DNA of 64,000 nucleotides from an uncultured Rickettsiales bacterium (GTDB lineage Bacteria; Pseudomonadota; Alphaproteobacteria; Rickettsiales; UBA1997): NCBI GenBank assembly GCA_944391025.1, contig CALXSC010000088.1, positions 8,278 to 72,277 of the forward strand, read 5' to 3'. Shown piece by piece: positions 62,746 to 64,000 of this stretch (position 1 is its first letter; each line of letters starts with the position of its first letter). The notes under the pieces were generated by a model. It saw only the letters and a program-made list of their open reading frames with translations, ran no database searches and was not told where the DNA came from. The position numbers and the translations under genes were made by a program.

Positions 62746-64000
62746 TTAAAAATGTGTATGGTATACTTCATGTTCTAAATGAGGATCGTTCTGAGCCTTA
62801 ACCCATTCCATATATTCCTTTACAACTGGATTGCTATGGGCAGTTCTTTCGCCTTTCTTCTTCTCATCCAGACCATATAATACTTTCCTTCTCTCCTCAA
62901 TGAGTATTGTTTGGTCGGCAGGTTTAACTGGCAATAACGGCATACCTCCGCCGCCAATACAGCCACCGGCACAGCTCATAACTTCAACATAATGATATGC
63001 TTCTGGATTTTCCTTAAGTTCAAGCAACAATCTTTCAACATTTTGCACTGTAGAAACTACTGCAACCCTTATCTTTCTTCCCTTTATATCAATTTCCGCA
63101 GTTCTAAAGCCGCCAACATCAGTTCTAACTTCCATCAAATCAAAATTCTTCAAATCCTCACCGGTCAACATTTTATATGCAGTTCTTAGCGCAGATTCCA
63201 TAACTCCGCCACTAGCGCCATATATAACGCCAGCACCGCTATAGTTTCCGCATATATCAGCCTCGCTATCTTCCAATGAAGGCAAGTCAATATTATTCTC
63301 TTTCATTAATTGTATAATCTCTCTAGTAGTCAAACTATAGTCAACTAGTCTCATGCCATTGATTTTAGAGCTTTCTTTTAAAACTTCTTCCTTTTTAGAA
63401 GTACAAGGCATAATTGATACAACAACTATATCCTTAGGGTCAATGCCCTCCTTTGCAGCCCACCATGTTTTATAGGCAGCGGCAGAATGTAAATGCGGAG
63501 ACCTGGCAGTAGTTAAATTATCCTTTAGTTCAGGGTGGTATTCAAGCACATATTCAACCCACGCATGGCAGCATGAGGTAAACATAGGCAGTTTAGAATT
63601 TGGATTGTTCAATCTTCCAACGAGTTCCTCAGCCTCAACCATAGTTGTAATATCAGCACCAAAGTTAACATCAAAAACCTTGTTGAATCCAAGCATTCTA
63701 AATGCAGTATTCATTTTTTTCTCAATACCCAGAGTATGTTCCATCTTCCAACCTTCACCTATAGAAGCTCTAATTGAAGGAGCAGCCTGAACTATCAATA
63801 CCTTTGTTTTATCCTTAAGAATTTCCTTAACCTCTTCAATACCAGGTTGAGATCTAATTGCGTTTACAGGACATACAAGCGTACATTGTCCGCAATGAAT
63901 ACAATTAACTCCATCCCTAGCAGTTAGATGCTTTTTGCCTTCCTCATCAGTTTTAATTTCTAAATAGTTAACACTGCAATTTTTGCACCTCATAACACAT
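62746..64000 (-). CDS. Group A [FeFe]-hydrogenase (5' end outside the window)
   Basis: Ferredoxin motif CIHCGQCTLVCP; H-cluster motifs TSCCHAW, MPCTSKKEE, EVMSCAGGCIGGGG. Confidence 0.93.
   Translation of the reverse strand, partial: CVMRCKNCSVNYLEIKTDEEGKKHLTARDGVNCIHCGQCTLVCPVNAIRSQPGIEEVKEILKDKTKVLIVQAAPSIRASIGEGWKMEHTLGIEKKMNTAFRMLGFNKVFDVNFGADITTMVEAEELVGRLNNPNSKLPMFTSCCHAWVEYVLEYHPELKDNLTTARSPHLHSAAAYKTWWAAKEGIDPKDIVVVSIMPCTSKKEEVLKESSKINGMRLVDYSLTTREIIQLMKENNIDLPSLEDSEADICGNYSGAGVIYGASGGVMESALRTAYKMLTGEDLKNFDLMEVRTDVGGFRTAEIDIKGRKIRVAVVSTVQNVERLLLELKENPEAYHYVEVMSCAGGCIGGGGMPLLPVKPADQTILIEERRKVLYGLDEKKKGERTAHSNPVVKEYMEWVKAQNDPHLEHEVYHTHF

Overview
Low-GC chromosomal window that looks like a Rickettsiales-like, probably anaerobic and host-associated alphaproteobacterium (inferred from carD, secB, tolQRAB, Rickettsia-type palindromes and a group A [FeFe]-hydrogenase). 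The housekeeping backbone is intact: PMM/PGM, dprA, recA, carD, secB, obgE, rpoD, dnaG, rlmN, mgtA, upp, prs, mnmA, tolQRAB, lgt, tmk, tRNA-Leu(CAG) and tRNA-Glu(TTC). Accessory loci are interspersed. (1) Three dispersed type IV pilin-like genes share a conserved 5' cassette. A poly-G tract (G11, G5AG5, G10) sits just after the ATG and puts all three out of frame, while their C-termini are divergent, suggesting a phase/antigenic-variation repertoire. Three further in-frame prepilin-like genes and a GspE/PilB ATPase are also present. (2) A ~290-nt tandem array between dprA and the recA operon is built of modules with conserved structure but variable sequence (CUUG-capped hairpin with a bulged A, covarying stems). 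(3) A decayed two-partner secretion (TpsA/TpsB) locus carries a C-terminal HExxH metallopeptidase toxin and a likely immunity gene. (4) Orphan, effector-like genes include two CE-clan protease-like, one kinase-like, one LRR and one pentapeptide-repeat protein, several behind near-perfect sigma70 promoters. (5) There is a structured, riboswitch-like leader on mgtA and several small palindromic/MITE-like repeats. No database searches were run; family calls rest on motif recognition.
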